Part shown: positions 24,981 through 38,290 of the stretch, piece after piece
Layout: each line of letters opens with the position of its first letter
How positions within the stretch are numbered: position 1 is the stretch's first letter
Assembly (NCBI RefSeq): GCF_001194135.2
Contig: NC_069001.1
Location: 37,227,090 to 37,281,016 of the forward strand
DNA from: Octopus bimaculoides
Lineage: Eukaryota
Reading direction: 5' to 3'
Length of the DNA: 53,927 nt
Program-made: the position numbers and the translations under genes
Notes under the pieces: model-generated
The model's database searches: none
What the model was told of the DNA's origin: nothing
What the model saw: only the letters and a program-made list of their open reading frames with translations

Positions 24981-26168
24981 ATGGAAAACACATTATGTGA
25001 CAAATCATTTACGCTTCAGACAGAGTCTGAAAACATCAATTTTGCAGATAAAATGTTGAAAGGGACAGGAAAAGCATCGAACCATTGTGATATCTGTGGT
25101 AAATCATTCGCACACAGGAACTCTTTAACTGCTCACAAACGTATTCATACAGGGGAGAAGCCACATCGGTGTAATATTTGTGGTAAATCATTTATTTCAA
25201 GTTGTCACTTAACTACTCATATACGTACTCATACAGGAGAGAAGCCTTATCACTGTGATATCTGTGGTAAATCATTTGCTCATAGTACTCACTTAACTGT
25301 ACATAAATATATTCATACAGGAGGGCAACCATACCATTGTGATATCTGTGGTAAATCTATGTCTTCAAACAGTAAATTAAAAGTGCACAAACGCTTCCAT
25401 ACAGGAGAGAAGCCATTTCAGTGTGATATTTGTGGTAAATCATTCTCTATTAGTAGTCACTTAACTACTCACAAATATATTCATACAGGAGTGAAGCCAT
25501 ATCACTGTGATATCTGTGGTAAATCATTCTCTGTAGGAAGTAACCTAAATACTCACAAACGACTTCATACAGGAGAAAAGCCATACCACTGTGACATCTG
25601 TGGCAAAACCTTATCTGATTCAGGTAACTTAACTAGTCACAAACGTATTCATACAGGAGAGAAACGATACCTTTGTGATATTTGTGGTAAATCATTTTCT
25701 CACAGTGGTCGTTTAACTACTCACAAACGCATTCACACAGGAGAAAAGCCATATCACTGTGAAATTTGTGGTAAAGCATTCACTACCACAGGTGAAGTAA
25801 CTGTTCACCAACATATTCATACAGGAGACAAGCCATATTCATGTGATATCTGCGGTAAGTCATTTCCTCGTAGAGAATCATTACCTATTCACAAACGCAT
25901 ACATACAGGTGAGAAGCCATATCGCTGTGATATCTGTGGTAAATCATTCACTGTGTCAACTACTTTGACTATACACAAACGCAGTCATACAGGAGAGAAA
26001 CCATATCACTGTGATACCTGTGGTAAATCATTCACTACAACAAGTTACTTAACTAAACACAAACACATTCACACGCGAGATACGCCATATCACTGTGATA
26101 TCTGTGGCAAATCATTTTCTCAGAAACGTCATTTCACTGCCCATGCATTGGTTCATACAGAAAAGTAA
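24981..26168 (+). CDS. C2H2 zinc-finger protein Z4: 13 fingers
   Basis: 395-aa intact ORF with ATG start. Confidence 0.95.
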   Translation: MENTLCDKSFTLQTESENINFADKMLKGTGKASNHCDICGKSFAHRNSLTAHKRIHTGEKPHRCNICGKSFISSCHLTTHIRTHTGEKPYHCDICGKSFAHSTHLTVHKYIHTGGQPYHCDICGKSMSSNSKLKVHKRFHTGEKPFQCDICGKSFSISSHLTTHKYIHTGVKPYHCDICGKSFSVGSNLNTHKRLHTGEKPYHCDICGKTLSDSGNLTSHKRIHTGEKRYLCDICGKSFSHSGRLTTHKRIHTGEKPYHCEICGKAFTTTGEVTVHQHIHTGDKPYSCDICGKSFPRRESLPIHKRIHTGEKPYRCDICGKSFTVSTTLTIHKRSHTGEKPYHCDTCGKSFTTTSYLTKHKHIHTRDTPYHCDICGKSFSQKRHFTAHALVHTEK

Positions 26169-27149
26169 CTGTCAAGTCACTGTATAATGTGCTGTAAACA
26201 AAATATCTAACCATAAATGTATTCATAGAGAGAGGTAGATCTCTCTTTTTGAGATTATAATTTGTGTGACGACAACTAGTATCTAGAGTCTTGAAAATAT
26301 CTTACCACTTTGATTATTTTAATAAAAGTATTGTTGCAGAAAATAGTCATATATATTGCAACTAACATATTTCCTGAGGGAAGACAAAATACAATGAATT
26401 TATCGGATGTTGTGTGAAAATAACAGAAATAAAAGTGCAGAACAAATCAGGATAATAGTATGATGTCTTGTATGTAGTGTTTGTCTTTTATACATTCAAT
26501 CTTGTCTATTCCTCAACAAGTTACCAAAAGTAATCTCTTCAACCAACAGTGTGTGTATATAATCTATCTTTTTGAAATTTGTTCCTATATTCTACATTCT
26601 GTGTCAAGTGTTATGTATTTTTCTCAACAATGGAATGAGTCATGATTTAAATAATGGAATAAAGCTAAATGTTTTTGGCTTTAACATTGGAGAAAGTTAT
26701 TGGTGCTCTTGTACAATACTCCTATTACTTTCTTGACCCACTCCTACTTTTTGCACCTTCCCCTAATTGGGTAGGTTGCTGGAGTATTTTGGAGGGAGAC
26801 ATAGTACATAATGAGAGATTGTTTGGTTCTGTGGTGAGTGATGAATCAGTTTAATATAAGTGGAGAGAACAATGGCAATGGGTGGAAAATGGTTAACAAA
26901 AGATATGGTACCAGGTAGTGGAGAAAAAAGATGAAGTGGTATCAAGGGAGAACTGCAGTGAAGGACATGTACAGAGGAGGGAAAGGATATGAGGAGACAG
27001 GTCATGGTGGTCATTTGTGCACATGTATATATATATATATATATGTTTGCATACACACACACTGCTTTCAAAACTCAATTTCATTAAGCAGGGCTGGTTT
27101 TCTGAAGAACTGCATATTGTTAGTCTTCCTGTTCCTTTGACATATTTTC

Positions 27150-27910
27150 CATGGGGCTCAAGGTGTTGAAGTTAGCATTACACCACTTCCTCCCATGTCT
27201 TACTGTTTCTCCCTCTTCCACAAGCTCCAATCACTTGATTGGTACTTCTTCATACAACTGTCCATATATGTATCATATTCATACAAGTGCTATCTTGTTT
27301 TTTTTTTGCACACTACGTGAGATTCATCTTGTGACCAGTTTTCTCTTTATAGTTTATCATTGATGCACAGCCAGTAAAGAATGCACAATTTTTTTCTTGT
27401 CTTCCCAAGTCCTCTACCATCAAAGCTTGTCTCTCACTACCATGCACTATTGTAGTTCTGATGTTAAGATTCATACAATCAGCTCTTCACTCTGCTTGTA
27501 CACCTCTCACAACTCAACACTTAGCTTCTTTCGTGACCGTGAAATTACTATATGTGATACCCTGACAAACACCATATCAACATAAGCCAAGTATAATTGT
27601 CTACTCTTAGGCAAGCATTTCTCTTGCGGTTGCCTCTCTTGGAAGGTTGCATCTGCTGTACCTCTTCCAATTTGAACGCCCCACTGCTTCTTATCTAGTT
27701 ACAGCCTGTCACAAATCAATTGTGCTATAATTCTGTGATTTTCATAACCTTATTCAACAATTTGATTCTTCTGTAGCTGCTTCTTAAGGCATCACCTTTG
27801 CCTTTGTAACAGTTTATGGTGATACTCCTATGCCTGACACTCTCCTTTATAACTTGATTTCCTATCTGGTTGGAAATCATGTATCCCCTTTCAGCACATA
27901 TCTTGAGCAT
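27150..27910 (-). mobile_element. RTE LINE relic (RT and C-terminus, internally deleted)
   Basis: INCYKGKGDAL..YRRIKLLNKVMKITE and KTWEEVV motifs. Confidence 0.75.
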
Positions 27911-29033
27911 CTCTGCTACGATCCATAATGGGCCTGCAGCTTTCCCCCCTCAATGTTCTTCATTACCTTACCTGCAATGCTACTTTCAAATTGCATTGCT
28001 GGTCTCATGTCTTCCTAAGTATACCCCATTCAGTTCATGTAACCAATGTATATATTTTGCTGCAACCACTGTCATTTATTACTTCGTTTTACAGAGGTGG
28101 TGAATTGTCTTTTTTTTTCCTTATTAATTTTTTCAATTGTGTTCTCTGTCTTGTCCAGTTTCTAATTTGATTTTGTAAAACGGTAAACGCTGTGAAGGCA
28201 ATAAAATATCTCATTTTCATCTCTGTTCATATATTAAAAGAAAAAAACAACTATACACCAAATTTAAAATCAGAACATGATTAAAGGAATTGAAAATTGT
28301 GAGCCAAACAGAAACGATTCCGGTGCTGTGGGGCAATCTTTGGTCATTTTTATGGTGTAGTTTAAGGAATATTTGCCTCCTAGTTCTAGGATATCGAAAG
28401 ACCATGCAAAGCTTTCGTCTGGTACCATGGAGACAAACAGTCGCGACATACAGTATGGGCGGTAATGAAGGCTTCCGAATAAGTAAAATAGCGAAAATTT
28501 AATTGCTTGTAACATTATTATTATTAGCTACTATCAAAAATAATAATAATAATAATAATCTGCTGAAAATTTGAGAAATGAGACATTCATTGAAGAGATC
28601 AAAAGCTATATGAGTGGTTGAACAGGAGCAACAAACTATTATAGAATATCAACGAAGATGATGGAAGTTGGCTTCTTTATTTCATTAAATTGGTCATGGA
28701 GACCTTACACAGAATAAGAAGCTTGTGGGCTGGACGTAGACAAAATGAGATGAAATGAAAACGTAAAGATAAAGATGAGAGGGATGTCGGCGCCCACCGA
28801 TCAACAAGCCCTCAGATACAATTTTTCCTTTACAATCAATACAAAATCAATAAGGTAAAGATCAATCCTCATCATCAAAGCCCCCAAACATAAGAAATAT
28901 AGACAGAAAAAAAGAATAGTTGGAAGTTGACTTCTTTCTCAGTCTCATGACGTGCAAGTAGTGATATCCATGTCTAGATATACATTGCATATGTGCTATC
29001 TTTGCATCTCCCAAACGATGCTAACATTCTATG

Positions 29034-29055
29034 ATGCGCATGTTCAGCCGGAAGA
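29034..29055 (+). promoter_or_regulatory. ATGCGCATG-TTCAG-CCGGAAG motif of Z5
   Basis: Conserved motif; donor at 29195, acceptor at 29985-29986, uORF at 29994-30008. Confidence 0.6.
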
Positions 29056-30066
29056 TGAAATCGGTCTTCGAACACAAACTGTACTGTATTAATTTTAGCA
29101 AAATTTGTTGAACAAACGGCAGTATTTCGCACGTTATTATATATATGCATACACTTACACGCAGAGCGGACGAAATTTTCTCTTCAACAACGAGGTATTT
29201 TTATTGACTTTTCAGTGTTTCTTTCAGCAAAGCAATGTGGTCTTCTGCTTGACTCGTCATTTATGACGAATTTACACCGCAGAAACTCTCACAACAGTAG
29301 AACTGACCTCGGGCTATAAACAACGATGAGTGACCTGCTTGGATAGAACCGAATGTTATCGACATCTATTGTGTTGTTGAATATATATGTTAGACAATGT
29401 GATAGTGCTATATCTTAACTGGACGTTTCTATTAATATTGTTTTGGTTGTTTCGTCATGGCCAGTTACGGGCCTTGTGAAGCCTGTAATTTACTTACTCT
29501 TTCGAAAGCAAGTTTCTGTAGGTTAATACAATAGAAAAGCGTTGTACTTTGCTTAAAGTATTGTGATACAGAAAGTAAAGTAACAATGCAGAAAGCCAAT
29601 CATCAGAAGCGCACGGTTTAGAAATGCGAGTTTGTGTAGATCCCGCGACTTTGATGACTCTGACCACCCTTTAAATGACAGAATCTGCATAGATTCACAT
29701 TTGTCAACAGCTTCGTTCTTAAGATGGACCTTCGTGCCTGCGTTATATGAAGGTTACTCAACTTCCACTGTTCACATTTTTAGAAGTCCTTCGTTTTTTA
29801 TTTTATATTAGGTATGTTACACAATAGCCACGTGAAGCTATAATTTGTATACATGTAGACTTTATCGTTCAGTGATTGATGCAAATGTTTATATCTACAG
29901 TTTAACCAATATACAAGGGTGGAAATTTTTCTGCTGTTGAATATTCAGCTTCTCCTATATCTTACACCGTTTCTCTATTATTTCAGATATAACATGGTAT
30001 CTGCATAAAAGATTTTTTTTTCTTTAAGATTCATCGTTAATTACTTAAAAACTGCGATTATCATAT

Positions 30067-30380
30067 NNNNNNNNNNNNNNNNNNNNNNNNNNNNNNNNNN
30101 NNNNNNNNNNNNNNNNNNNNNNNNNNNNNNNNNNNNNNNNNNNNNNNNNNNNNNNNNNNNNNNNNNNNNNNNNNNNNNNNNNNNNNNNNNNNNNNNNNNN
30201 NNNNNNNNNNNNNNNNNNNNNNNNNNNNNNNNNNNNNNNNNNNNNNNNNNNNNNNNNNNNNNNNNNNNNNNNNNNNNNNNNNNNNNNNNNNNNNNNNNNN
30301 NNNNNNNNNNNNNNNNNNNNNNNNNNNNNNNNNNNNNNNNNNNNNNNNNNNNNNNNNNNNNNNNNNNNNNNNNNNNNNNN
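30067..30380. other. Assembly gap (N run) covering the Z5 start codon
   Basis: N characters. Confidence 1.
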
Positions 30381-31493
30381 CCAAAAGAAACAGGAAAAAA
30401 GTCAAATGAGTGTGATATCTGTGGTAAATCATTTGCACACAGAAACTATTTATCTGCTCACAAACGTATTCATACAGGGGAGAAGCCACATCAGTGTAAT
30501 ATTTGTGGTAAATCATTTATTTCAACTGGTCACTTAACTACTCATATACGTACTCATACAGGGGAGAAGCCATATCACTGTGATATCTGTGGTAAATCAT
30601 TTGCTCGGAGTCATCAGTTGACTGTACATAAATACATTCATACAGGAGGGCAGCCATTTCATTGTGATATCTGTGGTAAATCTATATCTTCAAAGAGTAA
30701 ATTAACAGTACACAAACGCTTTCATACTGGAGAGAAACCATTTCACTGTGATATTTGTGGTAAATCATTCTCTATTAGTAGTCACTTAACTACACACAAA
30801 TATATTCATACAGGAGTGAAGCCATATCACTGTGATATCTGTGGTAAATCATTCTCTGTAGGAAGTAGCCTAAATACTCACAAACGACTTCATACAGGAG
30901 AAAAGCCGTATCACTGTGATATCTGTGGGAAAACATTATCTGATCAAGGTAACTTAGCTAGTCACAAACGTACTCATACAGGAGAGAAACGATACCTTTG
31001 TGATATTTGTGGTAAATCATTCTCTTACAGTAGATGTTTAATTGTTCACAAACGCAATCACACTGGAGAAAAGCCATATCACTGTGAAATCTGTGGTAAA
31101 TCATTTGCTACCACACGTACAGTAACTGTTCACCAACACATTCATACAGGAGATAAGTCATATTCATGTGATATCTGCGGTAAGTCATTTCTTCGTAGAG
31201 AATCATTACCTATTCACAAACGTGTGCATACAGGTGAGAAGCCATATCGCTGTGATATCTGTGGTAAATCATTCTCAGGATTAACTAACTTAACTCTTCA
31301 CAAACGCAGTCATACAGGGGAGAAACCATATATCTGCGATACCTGTGGTAAATCATTCACTACAACAAGTTACTTAACTAAACACAAATACATTCACACA
31401 CGAGATGTGCCATATCACTGTGACATCTGTGGTGAATCATTTTCTCAAAAGCGCTATTTCACTGCCCATGCATCAATTCATACAGAAAAATAA
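30381..31493 (+). CDS. C2H2 zinc-finger protein Z5: 13 fingers, 5' end hidden in the gap
   Basis: Open frame from the gap edge ([16 protein letters not shown]...), in frame with the listed 30618 ORF, whose start is only a TTG. Confidence 0.85.
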   Translation, partial: PKETGKKSNECDICGKSFAHRNYLSAHKRIHTGEKPHQCNICGKSFISTGHLTTHIRTHTGEKPYHCDICGKSFARSHQLTVHKYIHTGGQPFHCDICGKSISSKSKLTVHKRFHTGEKPFHCDICGKSFSISSHLTTHKYIHTGVKPYHCDICGKSFSVGSSLNTHKRLHTGEKPYHCDICGKTLSDQGNLASHKRTHTGEKRYLCDICGKSFSYSRCLIVHKRNHTGEKPYHCEICGKSFATTRTVTVHQHIHTGDKSYSCDICGKSFLRRESLPIHKRVHTGEKPYRCDICGKSFSGLTNLTLHKRSHTGEKPYICDTCGKSFTTTSYLTKHKYIHTRDVPYHCDICGESFSQKRYFTAHASIHTEK

Positions 31494-32129
31494 CTGTGTC
31501 AATGTATGATGTGCTATGAAAAATATCTAACCATAAATGTATTCATATAGACGGAGGTAGACAAATTTCTCAAGATGTAACAACTAATATCTAGAGTTTT
31601 GAATGGCATCTGCCAACATTAAGTAGGATTCTGAGCCCTGCCCCCGCTCCCGAAACAGCTGTTGGACTTTAAATTTTGGTACATTAATGTAGTTTTCCAA
31701 GCTGAATTGCTGGAGATATTTCTCTTTTTCCAGGAAAGTTTTGAAAAAAAGTTATAGAGGTTTAAAGTTGGATCGTTTTCACTAAGTCAGGAAACAGGAT
31801 TTAGAAGCTGACATTTTGTGTATGATGGCACATCCTGACAACATCCTGAAAATGGCACTCATGCTTTTATATGACACCATAAACAAATCAATTACACACA
31901 ACATATAACTGCTCATAACCTTGTTTAGAATTTTCAGACAATTTTTGCCAATGTGTATTCTACACGAGAATTTGTACGATTATATGCAAAAAAAACCCAT
32001 TTTGGTGGTGCTTCCTTTAAGGCCTTTTTAGCACACCTGACAACCAACGCAATGACAAAGAAACGACTAAACAACACATATTTTGTAGTTTTAAGCATTC
32101 AATATGCATTTAATGTAATAGACAGCACA

Positions 32130-32700
32130 TTACAAATTAAATATTTTTTAAAATATGAAATTTTAACACGAACTTCTTTACGCGTTCTTCCAGTGTGTCA
32201 TGATTCCAACATGGCACCACATAAAGAAAAACTTGTCTGGTCTCGCAACACACTCCTCCAAAAAACCCACTGCTTATGTAGGATCCTTGCTCAGTTGTAC
32301 TTACTTCTTGAAAAGACTGTTTCATCAATCTCAACAATCGTTGCAGGACCACCAATCTCAACTAGATGACAGAGCAGGTCCTCTGCATGTACTTCCCTAA
32401 CATAGCTGTTATAGCCAAAAGCTGTGCAATGGGCTCATCCCCAGTTATTCAACACAAAACCGGATTGAAGTCAATTCCTTACCCCATGAGTAAAGGAAAA
32501 GCACAAGAGTCTTAAGAGGAAGGGTGCTACTTTCAATCCATGTGTCTTTCCTCACTGACACAGACTCCATGCATCCTTGATGTGAGTATCGGCAATACAT
32601 ATTCCCACCAAGTTTTCTTGTACTCGTAAAATGCTTCTCCATTTTCCATAATTTTCTGTGGGGTATAACACCCTTTTCTGGCAAATACAAAACCACATCT
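32130..32700 (-). mobile_element. Merlin-type (IS1595/ISXO2-like) DNA transposase relic
   Basis: SVRKDTWIESSTLPLKTLVLFLYSW, then VEIGGPATIVEIDETVFSRSKYN*ARILHKQWVF/GGVCCETRQVFLYVVP; one stop and frameshifts; the C-terminus appears deleted. Confidence 0.85.
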
Positions 32701-33289
32701 CCCTTTTGTGATTTAAGGCCTATTTGGTTGCTATTTTTAGCTCACATGACAACCACCTCAATGACTGAAATATATTTGTCAACACATGCTTTCTCACAGA
32801 CAAAAGAGTAGTCATGTTTGGCTTGTTACTATGGTAACACTAATGTGTGGCTAAATTAGATGAAATTACCGAAAATTTTCAAGCCTTATAACAACTTATA
32901 TGTTGATTTGTGGCGAAAATGATTTTCATGGCATTAATTAGTATAGAAAAGTATATCATTATACTGAATATGAAATCAATTCGAACAGAAATTGAGACTG
33001 AAAATTGGCAGCCAAACCGAAAAGATCCGAATTGCAATCTACACCATCTGAAAGGTGTTTGCAGAAAATTTCATTTAAAAAACATTCGTTTTCTGGAAGT
33101 TATGAGGAAAGTTTGGCGGCGGAAGGAAACATTTGGGTAGATATGCCAGGTTTTCTCTATATGTGTTAGAAGTACAATTTTAGAAAAGAGAAACCGACAT
33201 TCCCAGTCGATCTGAAAAGCTACAGCAGCAGTTCACAAGCAACGAACTACAAGACGTCGACGACTGGTGTGAGCCGGTAACCTTCCACA

Positions 33290-33311
33290 ATACGCATATT
33301 CAACCGGAAGT
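33290..33311 (+). promoter_or_regulatory. ATACGCATA-TTCAA-CCGGAAGT motif of Z6
   Basis: Variant of the cluster motif; donor at 33532, acceptor at 34620-34621. Confidence 0.55.
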
Positions 33312-34057
33312 TGAATTCGGTCTTCAACCAGAAAGCCTAATATCAAGCTAATAATATTTTGATGTATCAATTGTGGAAGAAGCTTCCATATTTATGGCCC
33401 GTGTTATATTTATCAACAATATCTATTTATATATGTGTATGGTATATACACATGCACGCGCAGTGGAAGAAAATTTTTCTTCAACAACACGACTAGCCTG
33501 ACTTTCTAATAATACCTGTGATTCATACTAGGTACTTTTTTTTTATATCTATTTTTCATATTCAAACGTTTCTACTTTTCAACAACGCAATGCTTTTGTC
33601 TTTTGATTAGTCATAAAAGTCGTTACACTCAAGAAACTTTCATCACGTTCTAAACGGTCAGAACTGACCTAGGGATATAAACAATAACGATTGACCTGTT
33701 TGGATGGAATCAAATGCTATCGACTTTCTTTGTGTAGTTTAACATATATAATGTCAGTTAATGTGATGGTGAAGCTGTGGTGTGTACTGTCTTAGCTGGA
33801 TGTTTCCATTAATATTGTTGTGGTTTTCGTTATGTAGTCAAAGCCAGTTGCGGGCCTTGTTCAGCTTCCAAGTTACTCTTTCGAAAGTGACTTTCTATAT
33901 AGTATAACATTTATAATAGACAAGCGATGTGCTGTGCTTGAAGCATCGTGATACAGAAGTAACGTATTATGAAGGAAAGCTTCTAACAATGGAGAAAGGG
34001 AAATCCGAATAATCTGTATATGATTCATGCAAAAAAAGTCCCATTCTTATAGCCGCA

Positions 34058-34375
34058 GGGTACTACTAAAGAAGAGTGGTCCCCAACGCGCGTCCGCGCT
34101 AGCTAGTCGTGAGTAGTCGATCCCTACAACAAGTGCGAGTATGCAAATGAATACATGTGCACGCCTATGCAAATTAGTACATGCGCGCTCTTTTACGGCT
34201 GAATATATATATTTAAAAAATGTATGAAGTTAACAAAAACAGGTAGTGTGTTATTTTTATTTGATTTGTTTTTTTATTTATTTACGTTGTTTAGAAGTTA
34301 CGTGCACTTGCAGGATCGACTACTCACGACTAGCTAGCGCGGGTGCGCGTTGGGGACCACTCTTTAGTAGTACCC
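34058..34375. mobile_element. 318-bp MITE with ~63-bp near-perfect TIRs (GGGTACTAC...GTAGTACCC) and apparent 3-bp GCA TSD
   Basis: 34058-34123 pairs with 34313-34375; GCA lies at 34055-34057 and 34376-34378; absent from paralogous introns. Confidence 0.9.
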
Positions 34376-34915
34376 GCAGGGTACCACTACCCTTCTTTAG
34401 TAGTACCTGATGTGTGTGTTACACAATAGCCATGTGAAGCTGTAATTTGTATGTATGTAGACTTTACACAACGTTGTATCATGTAATTTTAAAAATCAGT
34501 TAAACTTCACTGTTCAATGATTGATGTAAATGTTTATATATACAGTTTATTCAATATAGAAAGATAATTTTCTGCTGTTGAATATTGAGCTTCACCTCTA
34601 TCTTATGTTTCTCTATTTCAGATATAACAGTATCTGCATAAAAGAATTTCTTTTTACTTTAAATTCACCATAATTTATCATCTAAAGACTGGGATTATTG
34701 AATTCTAATTTTTTTCTACTTCACTGTCTCTAATATTTTCAGGAATAATTTGAATACTTTATTATACTTGGACACTTTTTCCAAAGGAGTTTCTACCATC
34801 TTCAGAAATCAACAGAGATTGAAGGAAATCTCTTTCAGGAATTAGTGAGAAACTAAAAGTTATGGATAATACATTATGTGAAAATCCATTTACACTTCAG
34901 GCATAGTCTGAAAAC

Positions 34916-35965
34916 ATGAATTTTGCAAATGAAATGCCAAAAGAGACAGGAAAAAAGTCAAATGAGTGTGATATCTGTGGTAAATCATTTGCACGCAGAA
35001 ACTATTTAACTGCTCACAAACGTATTCATACAGGGGAGAAGCCACATCAGTGTAATATTTGTGGTAAATCATTTATTTCAACTGGTCACTTAACTACTCA
35101 TGTACGTACACATACAGGAGAGAGGCCTTATCACTGTGATATCTGTGGTAAATCATATGCTCGTAGTAATCAATTAACTGTACATAAATACATTCATACA
35201 GGAGGGCAGCCATTTCATTGTGATATCTGTGGTAAATCTATGTCTTCAAAGAGTAAATTAACAGTACACAAACGCTTTCATACTGGAGAGAAACCATTTC
35301 ATTGTGATATTTGTGGTAAATCATTCTCTATTAGTAGTCACTTAACTACTCACAAATATATGCATACAGGAGAGAAGCCATATCACTGTGATATCTGTGG
35401 TAAATCATTCTCTGTAGGAAGTAACCTAAATACTCACAAACGACTTCATACAGGAGAAAAACCATACCACTGTGATATCTGTGGGAAAACATTATCTGAT
35501 CAAGGCAACTTAAATAGTCACAAACGTACTCATACAGGAGAGAAACGATACCTCTGTGATATTTGTGGTAAATCATTCTCTGATAGTAGGTCTTTAACTG
35601 CACACAAACGCAGTCACACTGGAGAAAAGCCATATCACTGTGAAATCTGTGGTAAATCATTTGCAACCACACGTACAGTAACTGTTCACCAACGTATTCA
35701 TACAGGACACAAGTCGTATTCATGCGATATCTGTGGTAAGTCATTTCTTCGCAGAGAATCATTATTTATTCACAAACGCATACATACAGGTGAGAAACCA
35801 TATCACTGTGATACCTGTGGTAAATCATTCACAGTATCAACTACTTTGACTACACACAAATGCAGACATACAAGGGAGAAACCATATCACTGTGATATCT
35901 GTGGTAAAGCATTTTCTCAAAAACGTCACTTCACTGCCCATGCATCTACTCATACAGGTAAATAA
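34916..35965 (+). CDS. C2H2 zinc-finger protein Z6: 12 fingers; the ancestral ATG at 34862 is interrupted by TAG at 34904
   Basis: 349-aa ORF from an internal Met; the upstream 14 codons align with the Z4 leader. Confidence 0.75.
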   Translation: MNFANEMPKETGKKSNECDICGKSFARRNYLTAHKRIHTGEKPHQCNICGKSFISTGHLTTHVRTHTGERPYHCDICGKSYARSNQLTVHKYIHTGGQPFHCDICGKSMSSKSKLTVHKRFHTGEKPFHCDICGKSFSISSHLTTHKYMHTGEKPYHCDICGKSFSVGSNLNTHKRLHTGEKPYHCDICGKTLSDQGNLNSHKRTHTGEKRYLCDICGKSFSDSRSLTAHKRSHTGEKPYHCEICGKSFATTRTVTVHQRIHTGHKSYSCDICGKSFLRRESLFIHKRIHTGEKPYHCDTCGKSFTVSTTLTTHKCRHTREKPYHCDICGKAFSQKRHFTAHASTHTGK

Positions 35966-37956
35966 CTGTGTCAATGTATATTGTGCTGTAAAAAATACCT
36001 AACCATAAATGTATTCACAGAGGGAGTTAGAGCTATCTTTCTAGACTATATAGTTCATGTAACTACATTTAATATCTACATTCATGAAATGACTTCCCTG
36101 TTTGATTATGATAAAGGTATTGTTTCAGAAAATAGTCATATGTATATTGTAGCTAACATACATGTCCCGAGAGATGACAATATACAATATATTTACTGGA
36201 TATTGTGTAAGTAACTGAGAAATGAATTCTTATAAATCATGAATAACATCACTGTACAGTTAAATTAGAAATAAAATTATGAACAATAAAAGAAAATTAT
36301 ACCACATTGGGATGTAAGTATGATGTCTTATATAGAATCTTTGTCTTTTATGCAATTAATCATGTCAACATGTAAATGAGATTTTGGATGATGATGATGA
36401 TTATTTCAGCAAAATAATAATTATGAATATTCAACAAAGAACTGAAACACATGAATCTAGGATAAAAGTGTTGGGATAAAATATTAGTGTCCTGTGTTGA
36501 TGTAGGGAGATTTGGTTACTATTTCTTGCATATTGTTGTTTCACTTTGAGGTCCATCATTTATTGTGTGAGCTAAGAATTGTCTGTCAGCTGTTTGCCAT
36601 GTATCAACACATACACACAGAAGAAGGAAATGTATTTAAAAAGTTTCATATGTCTGAATGGAGTGAAGGAAGAGGCTTTGGGAAAAAAAGTATTTGAAAC
36701 AAAATTTTTTGTTTTTTTGTCTGGAATTGAAATCGTCTGCACATGGAATTACAAAATAATGAAATAAAGACTTGTGAGGTGACAGTGGGAATTGAAATTT
36801 CAAAATGTTTTTTTTTTTATTTATTGACATAATCATAAATTTTAATATTGAAAATAAGAATCCTAATTGCATGGGCAAATGTCTTCTATAATTGCAGGCC
36901 AAGTGGATTTGATAAATGAAACTGAAAGTGGCTTTAGTATATACATATACACACACACACACACATATCATCATTGACTTATTATGTGACAGACTGAATT
37001 TATTGAGGCTGATTTTCTATGGCCACTTACACTTCCTGTAGCTAACTTGCCTATTTCCAAACAAAGTAATATTTCTCCATGGCCAGACATGTTTTCGTAG
37101 AATATTGGAAATAAATGACACTCATTTACCACATGATGTCTAGAGAAGAAAAGGCAAACATTGACATCATCGTTTAACATCTGTTATCCATGCTAACATG
37201 GGTTGGAGAGTTTGCAGGGGAGGCACTAGGCTACATTGGATGATTTAGCATGGTTTCTGTGACTGGATGCCCTTCCTAACACCATAATATATGTACTTGT
37301 TTATGTATAAGCAGTTTTATTTGCACTAAAGTATATGGACTGGATAGTTTGTACAGCTGGATGTACTTCCGATCACTAATCACCTTACAGCATGTACTGG
37401 TTGCTGTTTTTGTGCCACCAGCACTATTGAGATTGTCATGAAGTTTGGAATGTTACAAACCCTTAAAAAGGGGTGTTGGCTTTATACTAGAGGATGAGGG
37501 GTTAAAGTATGAGAAAGCATGGTGGGCAGAGTAGACTCTGAAAATGGAGCCGCATGGTTACTCACACTTAAAAGATTAGGTGAGAATGATCAGTAGAAGC
37601 TTGAAGGAGATAGCGTTGATGTGGTGTCAAGGCAGGTCATTCATTGTACAAGGTAAGTAGAAGTAGATGGATTGAGTGGTGATTTGCAATGTTATATAGG
37701 GGCCATGAGACCAAAGGAGAGGCAGGCAACAACAGTAAAGACTGCTTATATCTGAAAAGTTGGAGTGGAAGGTAGAATATTTATGATTATAGAAGTTCCT
37801 AAACTTCTTTTACACATGGTGCACCTTACAAGTCAAAACATTTTGGCCCAAACCTCACAGAGGCAATGACTAGTGATCAAGACCTTTGGCTATGTGCTCT
37901 ACTTAAGGGGTCCCTTAAGTGCGCCCACACTGGTAGCACATAAAGAAAAAATCAAC

Positions 37957-38290
37957 CTTTGAACATTGGGCCTCACGGAGGCAAAGTGGCTGAGTACCAT
38001 TTGAGCGTTGGGCATGAAGGAGGCAAAGTGATTGAGTTCCTTTCGAGTATTAGGCCTCATGGAGGTAAAATGGCTGAGTTCCGTTTGAGTGTTGGGCCTC
38101 AGAGGTGAGGTGACTGAGTTCCTTTCGAGTATTGAGCCTCATGGAAGCAAAGTGGCAGAGTTCCTTTTGAGTATTGGCCCTGACAGAGGTGAGGTGGCTG
38201 AGTTCTTTTTGAGCATTGGGCCTTGTGGAGGCAAAGTGACCAAGTTCCTGTCAAGTGTTGGGCCTTATGGAGGCAATGGCCAAGACCTTT
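37957..38290 (+). repeat. 42-bp minisatellite, about 8 units, derived from the RTE 3' region
   Basis: Period read from gcaaag/gtgagg at 37982, 38024, 38066, 38106, 38148, 38190, 38232 and 38274. Confidence 0.9.

Noticed and set aside
32130-32700. Bacterial IS1595 contamination
   Set aside because: The sequence is decayed, AT-rich and contiguous with host repeats; a eukaryotic Merlin relic is more parsimonious.
18300-35762. Minus-strand MIYHRYH.. ORFs (18300, 18636, 30061, 34890, 35346)
   Set aside because: Antisense shadows of the repetitive zinc-finger codons; they are short, broken and have no independent signal.
36590-36630. HQHIHTEE-like zinc-finger remnant
   Set aside because: Only a CA-rich stretch in a 3' flank homologous to 48150-48250; no Cys pair.
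37957-38290. CRISPR-like appearance of the 42-bp repeat and the 84-bp finger periodicity
   Set aside because: No unique spacers and no cas genes; eukaryotic context.
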